A stretch of 32,000 nucleotides of DNA from Aliivibrio fischeri ES114 (GCF_000011805.1 NC_006840.2); one strand, 5' to 3'; counted from the first letter of the stretch, positions 21,537 to 32,000 are shown. The notes: a model not told the origin generated them from the letters alone. Numbers and translations: made by a program.

Positions 21537-22373
21537 TTATAAAATTTGATTGGTTTCAGAAGCGTATTTTTTAAATATCGGATTATTTCTAGTATCTAAA
21601 TTTGCAGGTCGCCATAGCCCTTGTTGTACACCTTTCACGATAAGGTGTATGACAGCGGAATCAATCGCTGACATCAAAGCAATATTTACAGGCTCATTAT
21701 TGGTATACCCTAGTTCTACCTCTAATAGCTCTTTGTAATCAACAAAACGAAATGCACCAGCAGAGACTTCATAAGATAAAATTGTTTTACTTGTAGTCAC
21801 GCTTGTCAGTATCTTCCCACTTCTTACATCGACCGCTCGTATGTTCACAGTCACTTGATCTGCCCTATATTGACCCGAACCACCAATCCCTAAATAACGA
21901 GCACCTGCACCACCGGTTTTTATATTTGAATCATAAGCAACAATACCCCCTTCTATCATTACGTTAGCAGACAATAATGAAGGTAATGTTGAGCCATGAT
22001 TGCTAATCGATTCCTGCTTTTTTTGAGCCGCTCTAATAATTTTTCGTTCAGTCAAAAGATTTTGTAATCCTTGACGCTCTAAAGGATAAAACCATTCTGA
22101 ATCTAATAAAGCCATCGTTAAAAGGGCCGTTCCACCTTGAGGTACAGCGGTCGAAAAGTTACTGTTAGGCTGTGGTTTATATTGTCCCGTTTGATCTCTA
22201 AAATCATATACAGAAACAAATATTTTCCCTTGTGGCTTAGGTAGCGATATCAAATCAATATAATTCGCTCCTCGCTGCATTAACGTTGGAGATTCAGAAG
22301 TTTCAGGAATATCGATTGAATTTGAACAACCCGCTAACAGTAGTATGAATAAATAATAAATTGAATATTTCAT
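21537..22373 (-). CDS. csgG: Curli secretion channel CsgG, lipoprotein
   Basis: LAGCSN lipobox; PKPQGKIFVSVYDFRDQTGQYKPQPNSNFSTAVPQGGTALLTMALLDSEWFYPLERQGLQNLLTERKIIRAAQ; closely resembles E. coli CsgG. Confidence 0.97.
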   Translation of the reverse strand: MKYSIYYLFILLLAGCSNSIDIPETSESPTLMQRGANYIDLISLPKPQGKIFVSVYDFRDQTGQYKPQPNSNFSTAVPQGGTALLTMALLDSEWFYPLERQGLQNLLTERKIIRAAQKKQESISNHGSTLPSLLSANVMIEGGIVAYDSNIKTGGAGARYLGIGGSGQYRADQVTVNIRAVDVRSGKILTSVTTSKTILSYEVSAGAFRFVDYKELLEVELGYTNNEPVNIALMSAIDSAVIHLIVKGVQQGLWRPANLDTRNNPIFKKYASETNQIL

Positions 22374-22394
22374 TGCTCAGTCCTTAGCGTTAGA

Positions 22395-22796
22395 TCAATC
22401 TGGAGTTAAGCCACTCACCTGAATCTCTGATGTTTCCCCTGTTGCTTTATCAACAATTTGAATCAATAAAGCCCCTGAGTCATCAACAATATTAAGTATG
22501 AAATCATCTGTAATTAATTGCCCAGTATTACCATTACCTACATCAGCAAGTAATTGACTGATCAAGCGAGATTGCAAACTAGATGTTAAACGATCTAGCG
22601 CTGACTCTTGTTCAAATAATGAATCTTCTTGAGGTCCTTTATAATCATTAATTGCATTTGCACCACCAAACAGGTGTGATGTATTTAAAGGGTTTCCTCC
22701 GAAATTAGGATTCACTGGTGTGTATACCAATTCACTCGCATGAACAAAAACAGGTATACAGATAGATAGCATTAGCAATACATTCCTTATTGCCAT
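22395..22796 (-). CDS. csgF: Curli assembly protein CsgF
   Basis: Signal peptide then ELVYTPVNPNFGGNPLNTSHLFGGANAINDYK (conserved CsgF N-terminus). Confidence 0.95.
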   Translation of the reverse strand: MAIRNVLLMLSICIPVFVHASELVYTPVNPNFGGNPLNTSHLFGGANAINDYKGPQEDSLFEQESALDRLTSSLQSRLISQLLADVGNGNTGQLITDDFILNIVDDSGALLIQIVDKATGETSEIQVSGLTPD

Positions 22797-22805
22797 AATT
22801 AGTCC

Positions 22806-23258
22806 TTAGATCTCAGGGTAATCGAGATCAAATGTATCTTTAAATAACTTTTCTGTTTGCCATTTAACTATGTATTTATTTACGGCTTCTAGAGCCTGTT
22901 CTGCTTTCTCATCAGCCTGTCGTTGACCTGGGGAAAGAGCACTTCTATAAATAACCTTATCAAAATGATAAACCCCTATAATGCTTCCAGATAATGCCGT
23001 CGGTCTTTCTTTTATTGTTAGGTTTACATCTATATCTTCATATCTAGCGTTCATTTTCATAGAAAAAGAAAAATAAAAATCTCGTCCCAAACGAGTCAAT
23101 GTACGATCAATAATCAACCCATCAAGTTCAATTAAATCATCTACCTCATTTACGCTGTTGTTTTCCAAAGGAGCTTTAGACTCTAACGAAGCTTTATTAT
23201 CTGAAGCAAAAGAAATAAAAGATGTAAAAAAAACGATACTAATATATTTAATATTCAT
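22806..23258 (-). CDS. csgE: Curli assembly protein CsgE
   Basis: Signal peptide; ELDGLIIDRTLTRLGRDFYFSFS, ERPTALSGSIIGVYHFDKVIYRSALSPGQR; between csgF and csgD. Confidence 0.94.
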   Translation of the reverse strand: MNIKYISIVFFTSFISFASDNKASLESKAPLENNSVNEVDDLIELDGLIIDRTLTRLGRDFYFSFSMKMNARYEDIDVNLTIKERPTALSGSIIGVYHFDKVIYRSALSPGQRQADEKAEQALEAVNKYIVKWQTEKLFKDTFDLDYPEI

Positions 23259-23899
23259 CGATTATTTCCTTCAAAGTCATACCCTTTAGCCCACATCATT
23301 GCTTGTAATCTATTTTTTACATTTAATTTTTTAAAGACATTATATAAATGCGTTTTAACTGTATTTTCACTTACAAACAATGAATTAGCGATATCTAAAT
23401 TTGAAGCTCCAGATGCTAATAATCTTAATATTTCACTCTCTCTTGTCGTTAATGAAATAGATGTCGACAATATTGCATTCTGTTTTTCTCTATATGTAAA
23501 TATTAACTCGCTAATTATTTTACGACTAAGCCACATTTCTCCTTCTATTATTTTTTTTACTCCATAAGATATAATATCCATATTATCTTTTTCATAAAAA
23601 ATACCTACAACATTTGGGTATTTCATTATGTTTTTTTTTATATTCTCATCAGTTATATTAAAAAGTATTTCTCTTACCTTTAATTTATTTTGATTAATAG
23701 TATCTATATAATTTTTATACTTTTTATCTGTTTGTTTTTTTATATCCAAGATAACTAGAATATCATCGTCTATTTTCCCCTTATTTACTAATTCATCACA
23801 ATTAAGAGAAATAATCGCTCGACCAGAGGTTTTCTCCAACAAATCAATAAGTAATGATGAATACAATGTTGGATCTGACGATAAATAATAAATACTCAT
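23255..23899 (-). CDS. csgD: LuxR-family regulator CsgD/VpsT-like
   Basis: C-terminal HTH SLTTRESEILRLLASGASNLDIANSLFVSENTVKTHLYNVFKKLNVKNRLQA; WLSR motif; 4-nt overlap with csgE. Confidence 0.93.
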   Translation of the reverse strand: MSIYYLSSDPTLYSSLLIDLLEKTSGRAIISLNCDELVNKGKIDDDILVILDIKKQTDKKYKNYIDTINQNKLKVREILFNITDENIKKNIMKYPNVVGIFYEKDNMDIISYGVKKIIEGEMWLSRKIISELIFTYREKQNAILSTSISLTTRESEILRLLASGASNLDIANSLFVSENTVKTHLYNVFKKLNVKNRLQAMMWAKGYDFEGNNR

Positions 23900-24154
23900 C
23901 TCACTCCTCCATGATGACTGTTATTTAAAACTAGCTTAAAACCTCTACATATCCACTGAATAACTAAATAATTATTAATAATACCCAACATGTATCACTT
24001 ATGAGAATTCAATAAACATATAAAAAACAACACGCATGGTACTTTAGTTTATTTTTTATAAATAAAAATATCAGTAATAAGTTTATGGTTGTTCTCTGAG
24101 CAAATCCCATACTTTTGATGTGGCAAAAAGCTATCACGAAAGAGGGATACTGAT
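23900..24154. promoter_or_regulatory. AT-rich divergent csgD/csgB intergenic control region
   Basis: 255 bp between divergently oriented csgD and csgB, with visibly long A/T tracts. Confidence 0.7.
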
Positions 24155-24724
24155 ATGAAAATATTATCAGTAAGTTATATCTATTTATTAATGGGGATAA
24201 GTAGTTACAGTTATGCGAATTTTGATTTAGGCATTAATGAATTTAATGCTCCAAATGAATTAACGGAATTATCCGAATTAAATACGAGCAATGATAATAA
24301 TGCAATTATTGAATTAATTAATTCAACAAACTCGCAAGTAACTATTATTCAACATAATGTAAATAAAACAGGAAGTAATAAAGCAAAAGTAAAACAAACT
24401 GGTTATGACAATACAGCGGCCGTCATGCAACTAGGTAGCAATAATGTAGGGTTAATTGCTCAAAATGGCACAAATAATTTAGCGACATTAAAACAGCTAG
24501 GATTCAACCATGAAGGTGCCATTTTACAAGAAGGTAATGACAACATAGCCCATTTAGTACAAACAGGTAACGGTAAACAAAATGTAGTAAACCAAACAGG
24601 TGATTCAAATATTGCAGCTGCAGTGAATAAAAATAATGGTGCAGGTTTTTCCATTAATCAAACTGGCAATCAAGGAATTATCTTAGTAAACGGAATGGAT
24701 AGATTCATATCCATCGTAAATTAA
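24155..24724 (+). CDS. csgB: CsgB-like curlin subunit/nucleator (189 aa)
   Basis: Signal peptide and canonical curlin repeats: NKAKVKQTGYDNTAAVMQLGSNNVGLIAQNGTNNLATLKQLGFNHEGAILQEGNDNIAHLVQTGN. Confidence 0.88.
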   Translation: MKILSVSYIYLLMGISSYSYANFDLGINEFNAPNELTELSELNTSNDNNAIIELINSTNSQVTIIQHNVNKTGSNKAKVKQTGYDNTAAVMQLGSNNVGLIAQNGTNNLATLKQLGFNHEGAILQEGNDNIAHLVQTGNGKQNVVNQTGDSNIAAAVNKNNGAGFSINQTGNQGIILVNGMDRFISIVN

Positions 24725-24748
24725 AAATCATTTCAAGGAAGTTTTATT

Positions 24749-25693
24749 ATGAAAAAGCTAGCAATCGCAATCTCAACTATCTTACTTTCTGGTGCTGCAT
24801 ATGCTGGGAATACAGCTGATGTAGAGCTATTTAATGCAGATGATAATGACGTTAATATTTTCCAAATGTCACCAGCAGTAGGGAATGATGCAGATGTGTT
24901 AATTCGAAACTCTGATGAGAACGAAGTCGATATTTATCAAATGGGTCGTCATAACGATGCAGTCGTAAGAGTACGTAACGGAAGTGATGATAATGACCTA
25001 ATGATTGATCAAGATGGTCGTCACAACCGTGCTGTTCTAAAAGCTCGTTTAGGTAGTGATGAGAATGACTTCGCAATTGAGCAAGATGGACGTCTGAATT
25101 TAGGTAAAGTTATTGCCGATGACAGTGATAACAACAACGGTTTAATTGATCAACGTGGACGCCGAAATGAAGCCTACATTAATTTTGATAGCGCATCAGA
25201 TAACTCGAACAATAAAATTGTTCAAAGAGGTCGTCGAAATGAAGGTGAAATTAGTGTAATGGGCGGATCGAACAATGGTACATTAAAAATCCGTCAAAAA
25301 GGACATGATAATGACTCTAAAATTCATGTTTATGGTGGTTCAGGTAATGAAGCATTAACTAAAATCAACGGTGATGATAATACAACTTACACTGCATTTT
25401 ATGCTGGAGCATCAGATAACGACACGACAATCTTGATGAAAAATGATTCATTAGACAATACCGTTTACGCTGTCGTTGTTGGTGGTAGCTTCAACGAAGC
25501 TGATGTAACAATTGATTCAAGTAACGATAACTTTGTTTCTGTGGCCCAATGGGGTGACTCATCAATGGCTGAGGTTACATTGGAAAATGGTTCGAATGAT
25601 AACTGGATAATGATTAATCAAACTAATAATGACATGGCTACCGTGACCGCTGATAACAGTAGTTACAATGCTGTTGTAATTACTCAACTATAA
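24749..25693 (+). CDS. csgA: Large acidic CsgA-like curlin/amyloid fibre subunit (314 aa)
   Basis: Signal peptide MKKLAIAISTILLSGAAYA; roughly 12 degenerate ~24-aa repeats such as DLMIDQDGRHNRAVLKARLGSDEN; position follows csgB. Confidence 0.8.
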   Translation: MKKLAIAISTILLSGAAYAGNTADVELFNADDNDVNIFQMSPAVGNDADVLIRNSDENEVDIYQMGRHNDAVVRVRNGSDDNDLMIDQDGRHNRAVLKARLGSDENDFAIEQDGRLNLGKVIADDSDNNNGLIDQRGRRNEAYINFDSASDNSNNKIVQRGRRNEGEISVMGGSNNGTLKIRQKGHDNDSKIHVYGGSGNEALTKINGDDNTTYTAFYAGASDNDTTILMKNDSLDNTVYAVVVGGSFNEADVTIDSSNDNFVSVAQWGDSSMAEVTLENGSNDNWIMINQTNNDMATVTADNSSYNAVVITQL

Positions 25694-25710
25694 ATTTATC
25701 ACTTAAATAA

Positions 25711-25740
25711 AAAAGCCCTGCATCTCTGCAGGGCTTTTAT
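25711..25740. terminator. Bidirectional terminator between convergent csgA-like and rpoC
   Basis: Perfect 12-bp stem AAAAGCCCTGCA-TCTC-TGCAGGGCTTTT. Confidence 0.9.
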
Positions 25741-25758
25741 TTGCGTTTATTAAATCAA

Positions 25759-28700
25759 TTACTCTTCAGAAGAGAAACCTGCATTTAATAGTGCCGCTAA
25801 GTTATCAGTCGCTTGCTCAGCTGATGGACCTTCTTGCTCCACAGCTTTTTGCTTTTGACGTTCTTGGTGGTATGCGAAACCTGTACCCGCTGGAATTAGA
25901 CGACCAACGATTACGTTTTCTTTCAGACCACGTAGTTCATCACGCTTACCAGAAACCGCTGCTTCAGTAAGTACGCGCGTCGTTTCTTGGAACGATGCAG
26001 CAGAGATGAACGACTCAGTAGCAAGAGACGCTTTAGTAATACCTAGTAGATCACGCTCGAAACGTGCAGGTTGCTTGCCTTCAGCTTCAAGCTGACGGTT
26101 TGCAATCGTTACGTTAGCGAATTCTAGTTGCTCACCTTCAAGGAAAGTAGAATCACCAGAATGTGTAATCGTACACTTACGTAGCATTTGACGAACGATA
26201 GTTTCAATGTGCTTATCGTTAATCTTAACGCCTTGTAAACGGTAAACTTCTTGAACTTCGTTAGTGATGTATTCAGTAACTGCATGAATACCACGTAAAC
26301 GTAGGATATCATGTGGAGTTTCTGGACCATCAGAGATAACGTCACCACGTTCAACTTTATCACCTTCAAAGATGTTAAGTTGACGGTGTTTATGAATCAT
26401 TTCTTCATAAACTTCGCCGTTATCGTCACGAGTGATCAATAAGCGAACCTTACCTTTAGTCTCTTTACCAAACGCAACAATACCTGCGTGCTCAGCAAGA
26501 ATTGCTGGCTCTTTAGGCTTACGAGCTTCAAATAAGTCCGCAACGCGTGGTAGACCACCGGTGATATCTTTAGTACCGCTTGAAGCTTGAGGAATACGAG
26601 CTAACGTTTCACCAATACCTACGTTACCACCATCAGCAAGGTTAACAATCGCCTTACCAGGTAGGAAGTATTGAGCTGGCATTTCAGTACCAGGGATCAT
26701 GATGTCGTTACCATTCGCATCAACAAGTTTCACTGTTGGACGCATGTCTTTACCAGCAGAAGCACGCTCAGCCGCATCAAGAACAACGATTGAAGATAGA
26801 CCAGTTAGCTCATCAGTTTGAGTTGTGATCGTAACACCATCAATCATATCAACGAATTGAACTTGACCTTGTACTTCAGTGATGATTGGCATTGTATGCG
26901 GATCCCAAGATGCGATCTTGTCGCCTTGGTTAACTGCATCACCATCTTTCTTAGTTAAGATAGTACCGTAAGATAGTTTGTAGCTTTCTTTTGTACGGCC
27001 ATGCTCATCAATAACTGTTAATTCAGAAGCACGAGACGTAATAACTAAGTTACCTTCGCCATTTGTTACGTGCTTAGCATTATGAAGTTTGATCGAACCA
27101 GTCGTCTTAACTTGAATGCTGTTGTCTGCTGCCGCTGTAGATGCCGCACCACCGATGTGGAACGTACGCATCGTTAGCTGTGTACCAGGTTCACCGATTG
27201 ATTGAGCAGCGATAACACCAACTGACTCACCTTGGTTAACCATATGACCACGAGCTAGGTCACGACCGTAACAGTTTGCACAACAACCGAAGTCAGCTTC
27301 ACAGCTTACTACTGAACGTACTTTAATTTGGTCAACTGAGTTTTCTTCAACGATTTGACACTGCTTCTCATCAAGAAGTGTGTTACGTGGAAGAAGAATT
27401 TCATCTGTACCTGGTTTCAATACATCTTCAGCAACCACACGACCTAGAACACGTTCGTGTAGAGGTTCTTTAACGTCACCACCTTCAATTAGAGGAGTCA
27501 TGGTCACACCTTCGTATGTACCACAGTCATCTAAGTGAACAACTACATCTTGTGCAACGTCTACTAAACGACGAGTCAGGTAACCTGAGTTCGCAGTTTT
27601 AAGTGCTGTATCGGCAAGACCTTTACGCGCACCGTGCGTTGAGATGAAGTATTGGTTTACGTTTAGACCTTCACGGAAGTTCGCCGTGATCGGTGTTTCG
27701 ATGATTGAACCATCTGGTTTAGCCATCAGACCACGCATACCAGCTAGCTGACGAATCTGAGCTGCAGAACCACGAGCACCGGAATCGGCCATCATGTAAA
27801 CGCTGTTAAACGATTCTTGTTGCTCTTCTTCACCATCGCGGTTAAGCACTGTTTCTGAAGACAGGTTATCCATCATCTCTTTAGCAACTTGTTCGTTTGT
27901 TGCCGCCCAGATATCGATAACTTTGTTGTAACGTTCGCCCGCAGTTACAAGACCAGATTGGTACTGTTCTTGAATTTGCTTAACTTCTTCTTCTGCATCA
28001 GCAACTTTCGTATACTTAGCATCAGGGATAACCATGTCATCGATACCAACAGACGCACCAGACAATGCTGCGTATGCGAAACCGGTGTACATGATTTGGT
28101 CAGCAAACACTACAGTGTCTTTAAGACCAAGAGTACGGTACGCTTCGTTTAGTAGGTTAGAGATTTGCTTCTTACCTAACTTCTGGTTAATGATGCTGTA
28201 AGGAAGACCTTCTGGCACGATTTGCCATAGCATTGCACGACCAACAGTCGTATCAACCAGTTTAGTTTCACGAGTTTCAATACCATTCTCATCACGAAGA
28301 ACTTCAGTGATACGAACTTTAACGCGAGCATGTAGCTCTGCAACACCTGTACGGTATGCTTTTTCAGCTTCAGCAAAACCTTCAAGGTACATGCCTTCGC
28401 CTTTCGCGTTAATTTTTTCACGTGTCATGTAGTACAGACCTAATACAACGTCCTGAGAAGGTACGATGATTGGGTCACCTGATGCTGGCGACAGAATGTT
28501 GTTTGTCGACATCATTAGGGTACGTGCTTCTAATTGAGCTTCCAGAGTTAGTGGTACGTGTACCGCCATCTGGTCACCATCGAAGTCGGCGTTATATGCC
28601 GCACACACTAGTGGGTGAAGCTGAATCGCTTTACCTTCGATTAGTACTGGTTCAAACGCTTGGATACCTAGACGGTGAAGTGTCGGTGCACGGTTAAGTA

Positions 28701-29964
28701 GTACTGGGTGTTCACGGATTACGTCATCTAGGATATCCCAAACGATCGCTTCCTCGCGCTCTACCATTTTCTTAGCAGCTTTGATTGTCGTAGCAAGACC
28801 ACGACCTTCTAACTTGCTGTAGATAAATGGTTTAAATAGTTCAAGTGCCATCTTCTTAGGAAGACCACACTGATGTAGACGAAGGTATGGACCTACTGTG
28901 ATTACAGAACGACCAGAGTAGTCTACACGTTTACCAAGCAAGTTCTGACGGAAACGACCTTGTTTACCCTTGATCATATCAGCAAGAGATTTAAGAGGAC
29001 GTTTGTTAGAACCTGTGATCGCACGACCACGACGACCGTTATCAAGCAGCGCATCAACAGACTCTTGAAGCATACGTTTTTCGTTACGTACGATAATGTC
29101 TGGTGCAGCTAAGTCTAAAAGACGCTTCAAACGGTTGTTACGGTTAATCACACGACGGTATAAGTCATTTAGATCAGACGTAGCAAAACGACCGCCATCT
29201 AGTGGTACTAGAGGACGAAGATCTGGCGGAAGAACTGGTAGAACAGTAAGAATCATCCACTCTGGGTTGTTACCAGATTGAACGAAAGCTTCTACTAGTT
29301 TCAGACGCTTAGTTACTTTTTTACGTTTTGTTTCAGAGTTAGTAGTTTCTAACTCTTCACGCATGTCTTCGATCTCTGCTTGCATGTCCATAGACGCTAG
29401 CAGATCTTTGATCGCTTCCGCACCCATCTTAGCTGTGAATTCGTCACCGAACTCTTCTAGCTTATCAAGATATTCTTCTTCAGAAAGAAGTTGGCTGCGT
29501 TCTAGATCAGTCATACCTGGCTCAGTAACCACATATGATTCAAAGTAAAGTACACGCTCGATATCACGTAGTGGGATGTCCATTAACAAACCAATACGAG
29601 ACGGCAGTGACTTCAGGAACCAGATGTGCGCAACTGGAGACGCTAATTCGATGTGGCCCATACGGTCACGACGAACTTTAGTTTGCGTTACTTCTACGCC
29701 ACATTTTTCACAGATAACACCACGGTGCTTAAGGCGTTTGTATTTACCACATAAGCATTCGTAGTCTTTAACTGGGCCAAAGATACGTGCACAGAAAAGA
29801 CCGTCACGTTCTGGCTTAAAGGTACGATAGTTGATTGTTTCTGGCTTTTTAACTTCACCAAAAGACCATGAACGAATTTGGTCAGGTGAAGCAAGACCGA
29901 TTTTGATTGCATCAAATTCTTCAGTCTTGTGTTGTGCTTTCAGAAACTTTAATAAGTCTTTCAC
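25759..29964 (-). CDS. rpoC: DNA-directed RNA polymerase beta' subunit
   Basis: 1401 aa; [12 protein letters not shown] catalytic motif, [21 protein letters not shown] zinc site. Confidence 0.99.
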   Translation of the reverse strand: MKDLLKFLKAQHKTEEFDAIKIGLASPDQIRSWSFGEVKKPETINYRTFKPERDGLFCARIFGPVKDYECLCGKYKRLKHRGVICEKCGVEVTQTKVRRDRMGHIELASPVAHIWFLKSLPSRIGLLMDIPLRDIERVLYFESYVVTEPGMTDLERSQLLSEEEYLDKLEEFGDEFTAKMGAEAIKDLLASMDMQAEIEDMREELETTNSETKRKKVTKRLKLVEAFVQSGNNPEWMILTVLPVLPPDLRPLVPLDGGRFATSDLNDLYRRVINRNNRLKRLLDLAAPDIIVRNEKRMLQESVDALLDNGRRGRAITGSNKRPLKSLADMIKGKQGRFRQNLLGKRVDYSGRSVITVGPYLRLHQCGLPKKMALELFKPFIYSKLEGRGLATTIKAAKKMVEREEAIVWDILDDVIREHPVLLNRAPTLHRLGIQAFEPVLIEGKAIQLHPLVCAAYNADFDGDQMAVHVPLTLEAQLEARTLMMSTNNILSPASGDPIIVPSQDVVLGLYYMTREKINAKGEGMYLEGFAEAEKAYRTGVAELHARVKVRITEVLRDENGIETRETKLVDTTVGRAMLWQIVPEGLPYSIINQKLGKKQISNLLNEAYRTLGLKDTVVFADQIMYTGFAYAALSGASVGIDDMVIPDAKYTKVADAEEEVKQIQEQYQSGLVTAGERYNKVIDIWAATNEQVAKEMMDNLSSETVLNRDGEEEQQESFNSVYMMADSGARGSAAQIRQLAGMRGLMAKPDGSIIETPITANFREGLNVNQYFISTHGARKGLADTALKTANSGYLTRRLVDVAQDVVVHLDDCGTYEGVTMTPLIEGGDVKEPLHERVLGRVVAEDVLKPGTDEILLPRNTLLDEKQCQIVEENSVDQIKVRSVVSCEADFGCCANCYGRDLARGHMVNQGESVGVIAAQSIGEPGTQLTMRTFHIGGAASTAAADNSIQVKTTGSIKLHNAKHVTNGEGNLVITSRASELTVIDEHGRTKESYKLSYGTILTKKDGDAVNQGDKIASWDPHTMPIITEVQGQVQFVDMIDGVTITTQTDELTGLSSIVVLDAAERASAGKDMRPTVKLVDANGNDIMIPGTEMPAQYFLPGKAIVNLADGGNVGIGETLARIPQASSGTKDITGGLPRVADLFEARKPKEPAILAEHAGIVAFGKETKGKVRLLITRDDNGEVYEEMIHKHRQLNIFEGDKVERGDVISDGPETPHDILRLRGIHAVTEYITNEVQEVYRLQGVKINDKHIETIVRQMLRKCTITHSGDSTFLEGEQLEFANVTIANRQLEAEGKQPARFERDLLGITKASLATESFISAASFQETTRVLTEAAVSGKRDELRGLKENVIVGRLIPAGTGFAYHQERQKQKAVEQEGPSAEQATDNLAALLNAGFSSEE

Positions 29965-30035
29965 ATTCGGCTCCTGTAAGGAGAAAAAAGGCGCTCGGCG
30001 AGCGCCTTATATTCTACCGGACAATCTCAATGAGA

Positions 30036-32000
30036 TTATTCTTCGTCTTCTAACTCGATGTTGATACCAAGTGAGCGGATCTCTTTCAACAATACGTTGA
30101 ATGATTCTGGCATACCTGGTTCCATACGATGATCGCCATCTACGATGTTCTTATACATCTTAGTACGACCGTTCACGTCATCCGACTTAACGGTTAGCAT
30201 TTCTTGTAGAGTATATGCAGCACCATATGCTTCAAGTGCCCATACTTCCATCTCACCGAAACGCTGACCACCGAACTGAGCTTTACCACCTAGTGGTTGC
30301 TGAGTTACAAGGCTGTAAGAGCCGGTAGAACGTGCGTGCATCTTGTCATCAACTAAGTGGTTCAGTTTTAGCATGTACATGTAACCAACAGTTACAGGAC
30401 GCTCAAACGCATCACCAGTACGACCATCAAACAGTTTCAGCTGACCAGATTCTGGTAGATCAACAAGTTTTAATAGCTCTTTAATTGACGCTTCAGGAGC
30501 ACCATCAAAGATTGGTGTAGCGATTGGTAAACCACCACGTAAGTTCTTAATTAAAGTACGAACTTCGTCATCAGACAGAGCAGCAATATCTACTTCTTGG
30601 CGAGTTTCACCAAGATCGTATACTTTTTGTAAGAAGTTACGGAACTTATGCAGTTCTTGTTGCTCTTTAAGCATTTGGTTGATCTTATCACCAACACCTT
30701 TAGCAGCAAGACCCATATGAACTTCAAGGATTTGACCGATGTTCATACGAGAAGGTACACCCAGTGGGTTCAATACGATATCTACTGGTTGACCTTTCTC
30801 ATCATAAGGCATGTCTTCAACAGGGTTGATCTTAGAGATTACACCCTTGTTACCGTGACGACCCGCCATCTTATCACCAGGCTGAATACGACGTTTAACC
30901 GCTAGGTAAACTTTAACGATCTTCAGTACGCCCGGTGCAAGATCATCACCTTGAGTGATCTTACGACGTTTAGTTTCAAACTTCTTATCGAACTCAGCTT
31001 TAAGTTCATCGTACTGTTCAGCAAGTTGCTCAAGTTGGTTTTGCTGCGCTTCGTCGTCAAGAGTGATTTCTAACCACTGTTTACGATCCATTGCATCAAG
31101 TTTAACTTCAGAAACACCCGCTGCTACAAGAAGTGTACGAACACGAGCTAATAGACCACCTTCAAGAATTTGGAACTCTTCAGTGATGTCTTTCTTAGCT
31201 TCTTTAAGCTGCATTTGTTCAATTTCTAGAGCACGTTTGTCTTTTTCAACACCATCACGCGTAAATACTTGTACGTCAATGATAGTACCTGAAACAGAGT
31301 TTGGTACACGTAGAGATGAATCTTTAACATCAGATGCTTTTTCACCGAAGATAGCACGTAGTAGCTTCTCTTCAGGAGTCAGTTGAGTTTCACCTTTAGG
31401 TGTTACTTTACCAACTAGGATGTCACCACCCTTAACTTCAGCACCAATGTAAACAATACCTGATTCGTCTAGTTTAGACAGAGCAGCTTCACCTACGTTA
31501 GGGATATCTGCAGTGATCTCTTCAGAACCAAGTTTAGTATCACGAGCCACACAAGATAGTTCTTGGATGTGAATCGTCGTGAAACGGTCTTCTTGAACTA
31601 CACGTTCAGAAACAAGGATTGAATCCTCGAAGTTATAACCATTCCAAGGCATGAATGCGATACGCATGTTCTGACCAAGTGCTAGCTCACCAAGGTCTGT
31701 TGAAGGACCATCAGCAAGAACATCACCACGAGTTACAGGTTCACCAGGAAGTACTGTAGGACGTTGGTTGATACACGTATTTTGGTTAGAACGAGTGTAT
31801 TTAGTTAAGTTGTAGATATCGATACCAGCTTCACCAGGTACCAACTCGTCTTCGTTAACTTTAATTACGATACGAGAAGCATCTACAGACTGAACCACAC
31901 CACCACGTTTAGCAACAGCTGTTACACCTGAGTCAACTGCTACGTTACGTTCAATACCAGTACCAACTAAAGGCTTATCAGCTTTTAATGTAGGTACAGC
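30036..32000 (-). CDS. rpoB: DNA-directed RNA polymerase beta subunit, 5' portion beyond the window
   Basis: [24 protein letters not shown]-like [11 protein letters not shown]; frame remains open to base 32000 ([39 protein letters not shown]). Confidence 0.99.
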   Translation of the reverse strand, partial: AVPTLKADKPLVGTGIERNVAVDSGVTAVAKRGGVVQSVDASRIVIKVNEDELVPGEAGIDIYNLTKYTRSNQNTCINQRPTVLPGEPVTRGDVLADGPSTDLGELALGQNMRIAFMPWNGYNFEDSILVSERVVQEDRFTTIHIQELSCVARDTKLGSEEITADIPNVGEAALSKLDESGIVYIGAEVKGGDILVGKVTPKGETQLTPEEKLLRAIFGEKASDVKDSSLRVPNSVSGTIIDVQVFTRDGVEKDKRALEIEQMQLKEAKKDITEEFQILEGGLLARVRTLLVAAGVSEVKLDAMDRKQWLEITLDDEAQQNQLEQLAEQYDELKAEFDKKFETKRRKITQGDDLAPGVLKIVKVYLAVKRRIQPGDKMAGRHGNKGVISKINPVEDMPYDEKGQPVDIVLNPLGVPSRMNIGQILEVHMGLAAKGVGDKINQMLKEQQELHKFRNFLQKVYDLGETRQEVDIAALSDDEVRTLIKNLRGGLPIATPIFDGAPEASIKELLKLVDLPESGQLKLFDGRTGDAFERPVTVGYMYMLKLNHLVDDKMHARSTGSYSLVTQQPLGGKAQFGGQRFGEMEVWALEAYGAAYTLQEMLTVKSDDVNGRTKMYKNIVDGDHRMEPGMPESFNVLLKEIRSLGINIELEDEE

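Noticed and set aside
24091-24154. Possible c-di-GMP (GEMM) riboswitch in the csgB leader (GGCAAAAAGCTATCACGAAAGAGGGA)
   Set aside because: Contains short GGCAAA- and CGAAAG-like words, but I could not find the GEMM paired stems or the conserved GGGACGCAAAG segment. A covariance-model search would settle it.
30955-31386. Plus-strand ORFs opposite rpoB and rpoC (30955..31386, 27889..28152 and others)
   Set aside because: Antisense to rpoB/rpoC; Ser/Arg-rich translations are typical of antisense frames in highly expressed genes.
1-32000. CRISPR array, tRNA/rRNA genes, transposase or integrase genes, toxin-antitoxin pairs, phage-defence systems
   Set aside because: Looked for by eye in the sequence and ORF track. 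No regularly spaced direct repeats, tRNA-like cloverleafs, transposases or recognisable defence proteins were found.

Overview
The gene content and order match a Vibrionaceae (Aliivibrio/Vibrio-like) chromosomal segment. This is inferred from protein families and synteny; no search was run. Mostly housekeeping loci: DUF294/CBS protein (truncated at the left edge), DnaQ-like exonuclease, acs, aroQ, accB-accC, prmA, dusB-fis, a small orphan coiled-coil protein, zntR-like regulator, purH-purD, yjaH-like (DUF1481), hupA, CNNM/DUF21 protein, yjaG-like (DUF416), D-2-hydroxyacid dehydrogenase, TerB-like protein, hemE, nudC, rsd, then rpoC and rpoB (truncated at the right edge). The main accessory feature is a complete divergent curli (functional amyloid) locus, csgDEFG / csgB-csgA-like, at 21537-25693 between rsd and rpoC. 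Its large fibre subunit (314 aa, roughly 12 degenerate repeats) is unusually acidic. In its N-terminal half the alternating turns are acidic (SDDN/SDEN) and basic (GRHN/GRRN). The CsgD homolog carries a WLSR tetrapeptide matching the VpsT-type c-di-GMP-binding motif W[FLM][TS]R, and no csgC is present. Other points of interest are a structured ~300-bp purH-purD spacer, a MITE-like inverted-repeat remnant downstream of fis, a PurR-like box upstream of purH, and a GC-discriminator promoter that implies a later dusB start.
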